NCBI GenBank assembly: GCA_965287045.1
Contig: OZ336880.1
Location: 43,338,001 to 43,402,000 of the forward strand
Length of the DNA stretch: 64,000 nt
Direction: 5' to 3'
Source: Carcharhinus amblyrhynchos
Lineage: Eukaryota
Below the pieces are notes generated by a model. The model saw only the letters and a list, made by a program, of their open reading frames with translations. It did not search any database and was not told where the DNA came from. Below are positions 23,540-36,712 of the stretch, one piece after another. How positions within the stretch are numbered: the stretch's first letter is position 1; each line of letters begins with the position of its first letter. The translations under genes and the position numbers were made by a program.

Positions 23540-24495
23540 GTCAAATTTTGCAAAACTGATGGAATTGATGTGTTAATGCAAGGAGAAGACAGTACCTCTT
23601 AATCGCACCAAATCAGTAAATAAGGAAGGTTGCCAGCATGTGTAACCTGCGTCATTGACCACATTGACAAATGTTGCACTGGGATCTTGTTTGACTCTTA
23701 TAAGCCTATTGAAATGGCTTCCCCAATAAGGCCCCTGCTTTCAGCTTCATTGAGCATGGACCTGTCCAGAATGATGTTTTTATAGCGCTCTGAAGCTATG
23801 ATTGTTTCCAAAACCAGAATAATTGGGTTGTCATAGCTTTGAAGATTGTCTGATGCAGGAGTGAGTGAAAATTGCAAAAAATACTGATGATAGAGTTTGT
23901 CAATCAATATTTTCGCACCAACATCAATGAGAAGTGACACTGAGGTGCTTGCAATTGTGATGGAGCAATCTTTAAAAAGATCTGGTGCTTTGTCATCCAT
24001 GTATCTCGCTCTTAGAAAGTGATTCCTACACCAGTGAAGTTTTCTTTTTTGACCTCCGGTTTTGCAAAGTGTTTCCACTTTAACATGCGTTACACATTTT
24101 CTATCAAGCTGGATGTGACAGTGTGAATAGGTGAACACCTCTACAATTTGAGCCCCATTCTGAAGGTGTGTGACTGTGATGGAACACGTGTTGTTGAGAT
24201 TGTTGATGCCTCTTTGTCCATAATCCTTGCCTGTGATCTAGTTGAGCAAATTGTGTCGACAACCCTATGTCTGCTGTGCCTGGAAGTATTTCTGTGTTAT
24301 CTTTTTGAGTCAAACATGGCAGATTTGATTTGGACTGCCAAGCTTGTAGCTTTTTCCAAGGTTAAGTCACCATTCTCGATGAGAAGATGTCTCCTAATTT
24401 TAGAATTGAAGTCTTTTCAATTAATTGGTCACAAATTAGTTTGTTAGTCTTCCAATTGCACATGTTGAAACGATTGACGTAGTGCTGCTACATAT
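23540..24495 (-). mobile_element. Gypsy gag-protease remnant
   Basis: Protease-like VSLLIDVGAKI and gag-like RRHLLIENGDLTLEKATSLAVQIKSA on the reverse strand. Confidence 0.6.
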
Positions 24496-24496
24496 T

Positions 24497-24632
24497 TGGG
24501 CTGGCATGGTGACACAATGGTTAGCACCATGTTGGATTCTGGCCTTGGGTCACTGTCTGTGTGGAGTTTACACATTCTCCCGTGTCTGCAAGGGTTTCCT
24601 CTGGGTGCTCTGTTTTCCTCCCATAGTCCAAA
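24497..24632 (+). mobile_element. HE1-like V-SINE, partial
   Basis: tRNA head plus V-domain GTCTGTGTGGAGTTTACACATTCTCCCGTGTCTG. Confidence 0.75.
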
Positions 24633-25399
24633 GTGTGATGTAATCTATTTTGGTGATGTGGCTGCCATGACTGAGTAGCTGGCAGTGTGTGTAACCTGTG
24701 AGATGTGACTGTGAAGCTTACATTGGTGCTAAATGTTTGATAGCGAAGTAAAGACGTAAATGATCATGAGGCTGGTGAAGCACCAGCCTGCTGGCATCAT
24801 TTCCCTGATGAATGTTGGGGCTGATTGATAGTGATTGTCGGTGGGTGAGTAAGGGGTGTTTGATGGGGATTTGAGAATGTGCGATGTTAATCATGCAGGC
24901 AGTAGGATTATGGCATTTGAAGATATAATCACTAATTTTGATCACTTGTGAATTCAGGTCTTTGAGGCTATATTCCTGGAATTGACCTCCTTGCCTGTCT
25001 TCTCCCTCTTTTTACTGAGCATGGATCTGAAGGACCTATTTTATTTCTCCATTAAGAGTATACAGATCTCTTCCACATTACAATCCTTCACCTGACCTCC
25101 AGTGTACAACATAAAAATCTTGGAGCCCGCTCTTTCCCACATTGTGCTGTTTCTCACTGTTTCCCAGGTCAAATTCTCTTCAACCATGACTGCCAGGACC
25201 TGCCCAACCACAATACATCAGCTCTGGAAGAGATGCTGGCTAGCTTTAAGCAATTCAAGCTGGATTTAAGTGGTGCTAGCCACTCATGATATTGGCCTAC
25301 TGCTGATGCATCTGGGCAATGAACAGCACAGTTTATGCTAACCAACTTAGCCCCCAGAATATTGTGCACAAAACACTGGTTAGCCCTATGTTTATTGTT

Positions 25400-28300
25400 C
25401 TGAGACTGAAATGGATTTCACGTAAGTGTAGTGAAGCAGAGAAATAATGGTATCTTGCTCTGGTTGTGCAAAAAGCAGGAGAAACAGAGGGTTTCATATT
25501 AAAAGTGTCTTCTAGGTAGTTGACATGACGCATCTAGTCAGACGTAAATAATGACAGACGGAAACTATCATGAGGTCTGTGAAGCATCAACATGCTGCCA
25601 TCATTTTCCTTCTAACCTTGCATTGCAAGCATCTCTCAGCCCTACAGGCTGATAGATAATTTGAAAGCAAAGCCTAATGATGCTGCCCACTGTAACAGCA
25701 ATCATCTGGATTGGCATCAATTTAGCCAGGTTTAGATGCTGAGCTTTTGAGCCATCATTGACTTTTGACATGCCAGTCTTGCATTATTTTCAAATATATA
25801 GGAAGCTTCTAGGAACCTTAACACATCGATCTCTATGAATTTTCATAGTTTCACTTCTAAAGGTAGGCTGTGAGACTTTTATAATGCATAATTGAACCAT
25901 TAAACGATACCACTGAAATACGCTGTTGCGTCATTTTGCATAAGTGCAGATAGAGAGCATATGCTAAATAGATGAATGATATATATCCTTTGCAAAAGGT
26001 TTGGACAGTGTGGCGTAGAAAGCGGGCCGAATAATTCATCCTACAACTGAGAATAGATGGGAGAATTAATTGTATTGTATAAACTGGGATATACTGCCAT
26101 TTAAATGAGTGAAGCGGTTAGTGTATGGTGCAACCTTTTCACATGAGTGGAATGTTTTTGTATCAGGATAATCAGTGCATAGTTCAGACCTGAAAGAACT
26201 TCCAGTTAAGCTTTTGCTTGTAATTACTGGTATGGAAATTGTGAACAATTTGTATTTTCACAGTGCCTGGTTTTAGAGTATGGTTATTAATAAATATCAA
26301 ATGGATGCTTAATACAAGCAATTAAGAATGTAATCACACAAAATAATGTAATGAAAGTTAATTGCCACTGCATGAGTAAATAGACAGCAAATTAAAGCAA
26401 CTCATATCAGAATTATTACATTTATCAACAGAAGCAATTTGACCTGTGTGACAGACATCACTAGGATTTTTAATTAAGTGTAACTCAATCTAATGATGGA
26501 GACATATTTTGTGCCTAATGTTGGGAATATACAGGGTCAATGACAAGGCTGAAGGAGTATGAGAAAAGGAAGCATTGGCACAACTCCCTTTCATCTCCCT
26601 ACATATTTTAAGGAAGCAGTTGATAAATTCAAAGATCAGTTTTATTTGTCTTCCATTTGTGGCAATCAGCAATTTTGGGAACACTTTGGTGCTGCTATTA
26701 TAATGAACCAATCAGCTGAATACCATATCATTCTGGAAATTCCAATGGCCTCAAGCTCAATGCAGATGTTACAGACCCTGAGATTCTGAAGATAAAATCT
26801 CAGTTTACCTTTATTCATTTTCTTGTGCAAATTAGCCAAATGGCTAGTCCTCTGAATTTCTGCTGTTCCTGAATGTTAAATCTATTGTGTTGAGCCTGTG
26901 TGTAAAAAGACTGACAGCAAGGCTTTCCTACGGTGCTGCCAATAATTTAAAGATATGATTAGATCAAAAATAGTATAAAATAACCTTCTTATTTATTTCC
27001 AATTGACAGCTTACTATTAGCTGTGTGACCACAGACACACACACATCAATTCCAGCCAAGACGAGCAGCTCTAATTGGTGTGAGAGAATGCAGAGAGGTT
27101 TTTATTTGTTGATATTGTAGGCTCTGAGAGACATCACAGACAGACAATTCATGGATGTGAAGGCAACTTTCTCACTATGATTTTCCCATACTGTTTCCTT
27201 TCTTCGTATCTTTTCACACAAAATGGAGAGTTACTGAACATCGGTACAGAAATAGTGTCTGCTTACTGAAGTGGCACAATCTTTAACAGCTGGCTTTGAC
27301 ATTCCTACACACTGGAGCTTGCCTGGCGCCATTTTTATTGTTAAGTCTGTAAGCTTTCATCCAGATCTAGCCAGTTCTACTGTGATTTCATTGCTGGGAT
27401 TAACCTCAGGAAGAATTCATTATCACATGACATATTCATTGCACCCACCTCCATTTTGTGCCTTTTTTTCTCGATCATTATGATGAACATGTCTTAATCC
27501 CCTGTTTACAAGACACCTGCTAATTTGTTTTGTGTACGTTCCCTGTCGTTTTAAATCAAAATGGATCATAAGAGAGTAGGTCCTTTTTAAGTGCAAAGTG
27601 AAAAAAATACCCATCATGGTACATGTTTTCAATTGTAAAATAGAATTAAATCAAAATTGATATTTGTAGAAGCAGAATGATGGCACTTTGATTGATTTTA
27701 TGCTGCTTTCTACAATACAATACGTATATCAGATAGTAACCGATACTAATCAGTGACGTTTTAGTTTGGGATAAGGTGAGATGTAAACACTCCAGAAGAT
27801 AGAATTCAGTTTGGACTAATAAATGTGAAGGGAATTCAATCTTCCCTGTGAACTGGGCATTAGTTTGTGTGCAAAGGAATGTCACCAACTCAATAGTATT
27901 CTAATAGGATCACTTTTACATGATAAATGGTGCCATGTACTAGACGGCATATAATTAAAGTCTAAACTTTCACCTCTATGTCAAGTATATACATAACAAG
28001 AGGACAAGTCACAGAACAATTTCAATTACACTTTCTACGTGTTTAGAAGGCATGTTTGCCAGTGTGCTTCAGGCAGACAATCATGTTTACTCTTTCAACT
28101 CTTGCGTGCAAAGTCACCCATGGCTGGTAACTGGCCTGTGTCTAGTAAGCAGGTTGATAAGGTTGGAATGTCGTGCAGCGAGGAAACTCGCAGTTTGGAT
28201 GCACTGGGCAAAATGAGACTTTGCACGTTAAGTAGAATCAGGCAGGTTATACAGTGCACCGTTTTACAATTGTAAATGAAAACAAGCATCACATTGTCAG

Positions 28301-31300
28301 CCTGCTGCTGTCTATTTATCTTACTATTTCTGCTAAGTAGATAGCTCCAGTTCTGTACCTGGCTTTTTATCCCAAAGCAGCAGGATTGATCTGACACCAT
28401 AAAAGTTGTCATAAAAGTTCAAGCTCTTTTACAGCAGGGTGAAAGGAACTCCTCTGTTCTTGTTTACATTTTGGGAGAGTAAATCCAACATGAATCACTT
28501 ATCAGCAGCACTCCCTACTCAGCCGAAAGACAGTTTGTGAGCAATCAAACCAGACTGTGCCTCCCCAGCAGGAGTAAATGGAAAAGGGGAAGTAGAAAAC
28601 GTACAGACATCATAAAGATATGTAAACTTTTGAAAATTACAATAACTCTCTCTACTTTTGACATGTATTGAGTTATTTGGTTTTTATCTATTTTCGGGGG
28701 AGTTTTTAAAAATAGCATTCTTGAGCACAAGGCTATCTTTTAATACTCAAACAAACTACTTATTTCAACTACTGTTGTCTCATGCATTCCCTTTTTTAAA
28801 TCGGATTTTTCTTTTGATGCAATTTATTTTGCTTTAGAATAGAATTGAATACACGCAGACAAAAATATAACAAATGGAAATGCCAGCTTTCCAGCTAAAA
28901 GGCCTGTGCTCACAGTTTAATCACCACAGGTCACAAAAGATCACCACAACACCACATTAACTGATGGTAATGTCACTTAAACAAACCTGCTTAAATTGGA
29001 AAGCCTTTAATCTGGTTACCTTAACTTTCAGTTAATAGCTGCATCCAAGGCCACACACAGCGGACAGAAGCAGGGGAAACACTTCAATCTGGTTAGTAAA
29101 TATATAAGTATATGAACAATCAGATATATACTTTCATTTATGATAGTCATAGATTTTTAAGTAAAAAGCAGTTCTCCAGATAGAACTTATTTTGTTATTC
29201 ATTTTGTCCAACTGAGACAAAACCACATGCTAAAGGCATGTTTAACAATGCCTTTAATATTTAACATTAAAAAGCCATGGATAATTTATTAATCTAGGGA
29301 AATATAGAATATTATTTCATTTTTGAGCTGTCTATCTGGGCTTGTAATGCTTAGGAAGAGCACTGCTAGCCTAAATGATACATTTGAGGATAAGTCGCTG
29401 CATACTGTGCGAGGGGAGGAAACGTCCTCCTTTTTCTGTTAACGTAAATATGTTCAGGATTTGCAGCGGCTTGTGCTACCTGCACTAAATATCCTATTGA
29501 AATGTAAAGTCCTATCAAATCCCTGACAGTTGGTAATGAAAGAACAGAAAATGCTGACAACAGCCAGCAAGTCGAGTAGTGTCTAAGAGGGAACGAATGT
29601 TAACATTTTGAGTTTGACTTTATCTCAGGGCAGAAATGTTAATTCATCTTTCTCTGTTTTGATTCCAGACTTCCCTTTTGCATTTGGAATTTGTAGTTTG
29701 TGCTGAATAATGTGTAAAGGAATTGTTTCAATGCCCTTTGCAAGATGTTAGTTAAAGAAAGATAGCCCAGTATAGCTATTGAGCTCATTGCAAGCGTTAG
29801 TGTAGTGTAGAATAGGAAAGAATATTTTAAAATGAGATTCGTTTTATAAATACATGTAATTATGATTGTGAGAGTAGAATATTATTGTTTAGAATTAGAA
29901 GTGATAATATACTCAAAATAAGTGACATTTGTGACAAAACAGTTGTGCTATTTATGACATTCATTTAAAAAAAAACAAGGAAGAGGTTTGGATATTTGTG
30001 ATAGCCCATGCAGTGCTAGCTGAAAGAGACACTACAAAAAAACCATTGCTAGATATATGAGAATATGACACTGGCAAAGTGCCAAAGGGAAAAGGATAAA
30101 TTTAGATGGGGCATATTATTTAGAGCCTATCAATTGAGGGCAATAAGGAAAAATATTTGAGTTAGTCTGGTCTGCAATCCATATAGTTGTGTGTATAACT
30201 GGTTCACTAATTAGGCCACTTCAATTGAACCAATGCCATGTAAACCCTTAATTAATTTGGTTACTTCTACTGAAACAATGCTAGGTAAACAAGTGGCAAA
30301 ACATGATAGTGCCATGAATGTGGATGACAAATGAAAACACATTCCATCATGTCCCCCTGTGACTTGTGTGCCCTCACTCAGCTATTGCCTGTGCAGGTAT
30401 TGGGGTGACCTTTTGAGCTTCAGTCTTGATAGGAAACACTGATTTTTAGCTACATGGTCCTTTTTCAGTTTTTTTAGTAAGTTAAATGCCTTCAATCCTT
30501 GACTGTCCTTCAGGGATGTATTTCATTGGTTTCCTATACACAACATAAATATCACATTCTTTAAGCCATGCACGTAGGACTGAAGAGAAAAAAGTGATTC
30601 ACATGAAATCACAAAGTTGGATAACAGCTATTATTAAAGGTAGAAAAGTGACATGTTGCTTTAAACTGGATTTATTCCCCCCCCAACTTGTAGGTAGAGA
30701 TACACGTGGAAGTGATCATGCGCCTAAGTTATGTATGTGAGAGCATAATCATTGCTTTTTTTCTGAATATGGTTGTTAGAAGAATGGCTTTTATCTATAA
30801 CAACACAATGTTAACCGGGTTATATGTAGATTCTTAATTTGATAAAATGGAGTTCTAAGCAGGAGGTGTTAGAGGAATTGAAAACAGTTCATTTAGCAGT
30901 TCAAAACATAATCATTTAGAACCCTGGTAATTAAATATGATTACATGGTAATTAAATTAATGAATTAATTAAGTTTTACTTAGTAAGCATTTAGTCAGGC
31001 ATTTACAGAGACAAATACTTTGTGAAGCCTCTGTGTACACTGGAACACTGATTTGGTTGGCAGGACACTAAAGATACAGGAACTAAAGCACAATTAGGAT
31101 GAAGGTAATTTATTTGGTCTTCACCTCTGAAGTTGGGCTGGATTAGCGGGAAGTGCTTTGCCTACATTAACCTATTTTGACTACTGTAAATAAAGCTTAT
31201 CTAAATGGATGAGAGAAAAAGGACAAGAGGTTGATTGAATAAAATAAAGCGAGGTAGGCTGAGACTTGTGTGGATCATAAACACTGACATAGACCAGTTG

Positions 31301-34300
31301 GGACGAATGGCCTGTTTCTGAGCTATAAAATTCTATGTTAATTCTATGTACTTACAATTGCTTTCAAGAAGTCAATACAAACGGTGTGATTCCCTTATGT
31401 AGGTTCACAACCCCAGCATTTTACGTATTGCTGGTATGAATATTAGATTGTCACATGAAACAAGTGGCAATCTCCAAATATATGATTCTCAAGGAAGAAG
31501 GTTGCACTAATACAACCACATTCATCCCACAAAGAAGCTGTCAGATGCTAAAGGAACAGTTAGTTAGCAACTGAGACGGTACAAGGCAGTACCAGTCAAA
31601 TGGTATTGACAAAACAGGCTTCTAATTACCAATAAATGTATAATACAAATAAAGAACTATCAACTAACTCTAGCTGCATTTTTGTGGCCATACAATAATT
31701 AGAAATGATATGCAGGATGGGGTACCCTTCACCATAATCTGCTTGATAAAACTGCTTCTACATGCTTTTAGTCATGTGATACTGTACACTGGCAGCTCCT
31801 AGATCACTACCATCTTTATTACTTTTCCATCTACCTCACGCTGCCTCTATCCTGCTCCGTCTGTCGCATAACATTAAAAACTATATATTACATCAAATAA
31901 TAAATGTCCACCAGTGACTTTAAGGCAGTAATTCAATCTTGGGGTTCATCTGACATTCATAAACTGCTCAAGCTTAGCTTACTGTCAGCCATTTATTATC
32001 TCATATGTATTAGATACTGCACCATCTTACATTTACTTTACTAGATACCTACTCATAATCTCTTTAAGCTACAAAGAAATGAAGAAACACACTTTAATTA
32101 ACCGAGAATCTCTTGTATTGCTGTTAATTTATAATTTGGAATATTATTCATATCAAGCCCTTTGAATTTGATGAACAGCTTACATGAAGTGGTTAAGACC
32201 TTCCCTTACTGTTAAATTTGATAAAGAAAGCCCCTTTTGCAAAGCCTTATTTGTCTTTTATGGCTTTAATTTTATCCATCAGTTCATTAACTCTCCATAT
32301 CCACAAAATCCTCCAAGGTAGGGAAAGTTTTCCAGGCAATTCCATGGATCTTGTTTTTTAATGTACTATAAGGATGTCTACTGAAGTGAGTTTGAAATCC
32401 CCCAATTGCTGGACAGTTTCACCCTTTCTTCCCATAAATGATTGAGCTGAAACTTGCAAAATTCACCCTCCAGGAAACTCAGTTCGAACTATCAACTGAC
32501 ACTTGTTTTCTAGCTGCAGGTCCAGCATTCGTCTTTCAGTACTTGTAATAAATATATTCAAACTTCTAAACTCTCCACAGCAAAACTGCATAAAATATAT
32601 AAAATATAAAGATTTAATTGTAGATAATATGCAACCAGATATATCTAGTTGATTGATCATGGCACAAGATCAAATTCTGCATAAAGGGATGGGATGGAGG
32701 TGGGGGGTAAGCTCTGTAGTGCTGTTCAGACCCAGTACCATAAATCTTTTCTGTCTTGATCCTGCTTGCATTGGATCTGAACACACAAGAGTAACTGGCC
32801 ACAAAAACACCATCATTGAGAATGTAATGGACGTAAACGACAACCAATCCCACTGCCCGACTGCTTGACAGAAGAAAATGTAGATATTATTATGTAAAAA
32901 AAAGAGTAAAAGGTAAGAACATCTCTAAGTATGCGTTTAGTCTTTTTTAGCCTTAGTTATCTTTTTCACAAGCACAATAGTCTCTATAAATGTATCCCCT
33001 TGCTCTCTGATCTGGATTCTAAGATAACAAACAGGAAAATGGTATCATGATGCCTAGGTGTGTTTGTAAAGGTAAGTTATAGAAAAGCAGACGGATTGGA
33101 ATGATAGCTGCTTATGGAGTGCATTACCAAAGAAGAAAAACTATAAAAGAATACCTGCTAACAGAGGCTCCAGGTCAAATCAGCAGCAATGCATGATGAT
33201 AATTATCTGTGTTAACGGACTAACCCATCACTGCTACTTCAAATCAATGCACAGCTAAATGTCATTATTAAACACTTCAATACTTCATGAGATGCATTTA
33301 GTCTATCAAATTAGCAGAAAAAAAAAGGTGCTATAGTTGTGTATGATAGATCTTATTCTCCTAATCTTCATACTTGAAATTCTATCTATTTCTGTTAATG
33401 ATACAGCATCCACGTCCTTCAATGTTTCCAAAATCCTTAAATATTTTAACATCTCTTAAAGCTCCCATTTCTCCATTATTTATAAAAATACAAACTTTAG
33501 CCATTCAATAATTGCTGTGCAGGTATATGTGGTGTCTTTTATTTTGTTATCACACTTGACCAGATACCACAGTCAGAATTTTTTTACCTGCAATTAATTA
33601 ATTGTCTTACAAGAAAACAACAAATATATCTGAACAAAAGTTTTTCTCGTTGGGAAGTATAGACAGGGATATCATATATATACGTATCTGATATGCATTG
33701 CTGCTGATTTGACCTGGAGCCTCTGTTAGCAGGTATTCTTTTATAGTTTTTCTTCTCTGGTAATGCACTCCATAAGCAGTTACCATTCCAACCTGTCTAT
33801 AACTTATCTGTACAAACACATTAAGGAATAGGGATTAAATAAGTTCCTTATTTTAATTGTTGTTTCTTCCTGCGCAATATTCTTCCAAACATTAGTTTTA
33901 GATTACCAATTTAGATTTAGGAACCGTATTGTTTTCAAAACAATGCTAGATAGAGCGGCATCATCTACTTTAAGATTTATATCTTGGACATGTGTGGTTT
34001 TTAACTGCAGACAAATGGCTGGGGTGGCTGATGCTGTTTTACTGAAGCTGTGGTCTCCATTTCAGTCTGTGAGCCTGGCAAGATCATTCCAAAATGGGTA
34101 GATCAGTTTTAATGCTAGGCTGATACTGATGAGCCCCCTGCTGCTTACCTTCAAGCAGTACACTGTGCAATGCTAAAAGAACTGTGTTTCCAGTGTTGCT
34201 GGAGCAGATTTCACTTCTCCACTGGCCCCAATCAGTTTGAAATGTTGCTATTTGAAGATTTTACATTCTTTCCACCGTGCTGTTGTAAACCACTTTTTTT

Positions 34301-35600
34301 GAGTAATGTAAAATAGGTCTTTATATGATGTGCAGAGGAACATTTTCTTTTGCTCTATGGTAATATTGTACTTGTTATCCCACAGGTTACAGTAGTTCTA
34401 CTATTTATTCATGTAACACTGATGTTTAACTGAAACTCTCGGCAGCCCCTTTAGCAGGCTTTTATTTTATTTCATCAGCAAAAAGAAATAACTGACAGGC
34501 AGGCATGCCTCATCAGGTAAAGCTTTGTGGAACTCTGCCTTTGAATCGGTGTGGTCATATATTAACATACTTTAGTGTCAGGTAAAGATTAATAATGCCT
34601 GATTGTAAAGTTCAGGTAATAAATAGTGTTTTTAAACTGCTAGGATTCTAACTCTTTGAAGTAGTGAGAAGTACTTCTTTTGATCCAGCTCTGATGGAAA
34701 GTTTCCGTGCTGACATTACCGAACCATCTCAACATTAACCGATGGGATTATTTATTTAAATGTGTTTGAACCATAACGATGTTTTGTGGTTAAGACTGAA
34801 CCACACTTTAATGGTACATTCGAGTCATTGATCACCATCACTGCCACAGGAATATATAATTATTTCCAATTATTGCCTTATTTTCAAAAGATTTCTTTTC
34901 TCTGTATTTGTTCTTTACAAAAGTGTGCCAGATTAATGAAGAGTTGTGAATGAGATTTAAAAAATGATGAAACCCATACTTCTGTGGTAATGACTTGCTG
35001 GAAAAAAAAGGAATTAAACCCAACCTATTCACTACTGGTTGGAATGACCCATTTATTGAAATATATTGTTGACAGGTATCAGGTGTTTTATACCTGGAGT
35101 CATATTTCCTCTGGCGATGAAGATGAATGCACACAATTGGGCCAGGTAGTTCTCAAAAGGTCAAAATCCTATCATTGATGGCAGGGTGAGCAGCAAGTCT
35201 GTTCCCATTAGAATAAGACTCTTACCAGTTTATTCTATTGTATGTCCTCAAAGTGGAATGAAAGCTTACTTTGAATTGGCTCAAATAACACTTTGTGACT
35301 TAAAGCAGAAAATCTGAAGAAGGAAAATTGACGTGGAAGTCTCTTCACTCCAATTGATAAAACTGCCATCAGGAACATTGACGATTGAAGTTACTGAGCG
35401 GGATGACCTGGTCCCAACTATCCAAGGTCAAAGAGCCTTTTAATGACCCACTAAATTATCCATCCCACCCGCAACGGGCAGGATCAGAAAATTTACCCCG
35501 TTGAGTGTAAACCGATGTGCAAATCTCTTGCTACTCATCTCATTGGGAGGTTAATATGTCAACTGCTTGAAATCAGCCGCCATATTGTCACTAATATGAC
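25400..35600. promoter_or_regulatory. TE-poor block, putative cluster of conserved non-coding enhancers
   Basis: Only two short eroded TE scraps (~29580-29700 and ~31180-31350) in ~10 kb, in contrast to the flanks. Recurrent TGACAG and TGATNNAT motifs. Confidence 0.5.
33059..33820. repeat. Long inverted repeat (arms 33059-33194 and 33693-33820, 498-bp spacer)
   Basis: The 87-bp core 33108-33194 is the reverse complement of 33693-33779 with a single mismatch. The outer ~40-50 bp pair imperfectly. Confidence 0.97.
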
Positions 35601-35658
35601 AATTAAATAATTATCTGGGCTGCAATGAAAAGTATACTGTTATCCACTCATTGCTTTG

Positions 35659-35892
35659 TGTAATGACTTTAATCAGGAAATTGAGGTGGGCCTATTAGAA
35701 TATGAACTCCCTGATTAAGGGCCAACTTGATGGGCCAATCAGGGAAACTCTTGCTTTGTACTTAACTAGGCGTATCAGTTCCTCTGAGACGCCTAGTGTA
35801 GGCTGCTAACTGAAAGCACTCTGTATTCTGGTGTCAAACTTGTAAGTAAAGGGATTTTGGTGAAGGGACTTCTGCTTTGAGGACTTATTACA
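35659..35892 (+). mobile_element. Solo Gypsy LTR
   Basis: TGTAAT...TTATTACA termini with an internal CCAAT. The end resembles the element C LTR (GAGTTATTACA). Confidence 0.55.
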
Positions 35893-35894
35893 CC

Positions 35895-36712
35895 TTGCTA
35901 CATTTTCTTCCATCCATTATAAGGCCAGATGAGGATGTTTGCTGTTGATTGCACAATGCTCAGCACCATTTGCTATTCCTCAGATATTGAAGCAGTTGCA
36001 ACAAGACCTGGAATAATATTTAGATTTAGAGTGATAAATGGCAAGCAGCATTCACACAACAAAATTTCCAGGCAGAGACCATCTCCAACAAGAGAAGATC
36101 TAGCTATCCCTCCTTGATATTCAATGTCATTATGTCACTGAATCCTTTACTATCAATACTTTGGGGGCTAACATTGACCAGAAACCGAACTGGACTAGCT
36201 ATATAAATATTATGGCTATAAGGGCAGGTCAGAGATTGGGAATTCTGAAGTGAGCAGCTCACCTCCACATCCTGTTCATCACCTACAAGACACAAGTCAG
36301 GAGTGTGTTGAATACTGGATCAGAGCATCTCCAACAACACTCAAGAAGCTCGACACATTGTAGCAAGAGTGTGCACCAGCTACAGGATGCAGCAACTGAC
36401 CAATGCGCATTCAATAGCACTTTCCAAAACCACAACCTCTACTACCGAGAAGAACTAGACCACTGACGCAAGGGAAGACCACTACCTGCATCTTCCCCTC
36501 CAAGCCACACACCATCCTGACTTGGAACTATATCACTGTCCCCTTACTGTCACTAGGTCAAAATCCCAGAACTCCCTCCCTAACAGCATTTAGCATGTAC
36601 CTACACATGGGCTGCAGCACTTCAAGAAGGCAGCTCACCACTGCCTTCTCAAGAGCAACAAGGAATGGGCAATAAATGAGCTAGCCAGTGAAGTCCACAA
36701 CTCTCAAATGTA
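35895..36712 (+). mobile_element. Degenerate CR1/L2-group LINE 3' portion
   Basis: RT remnant MFAVD (FADD-like) and IYKTQVRSVLEY-like. Its 3' end GGGCAATAAATG..GCCAG is shared with the SINE at 50843. Confidence 0.7.

Noticed and set aside
32782-32809. 12-spacer recombination signal sequence (CACACAA-12-ACAAAAACA)
   Set aside because: The heptamer matches only 4/7 and no V, D or J segment is recognisable nearby. Cryptic RSSs of this quality occur by chance.
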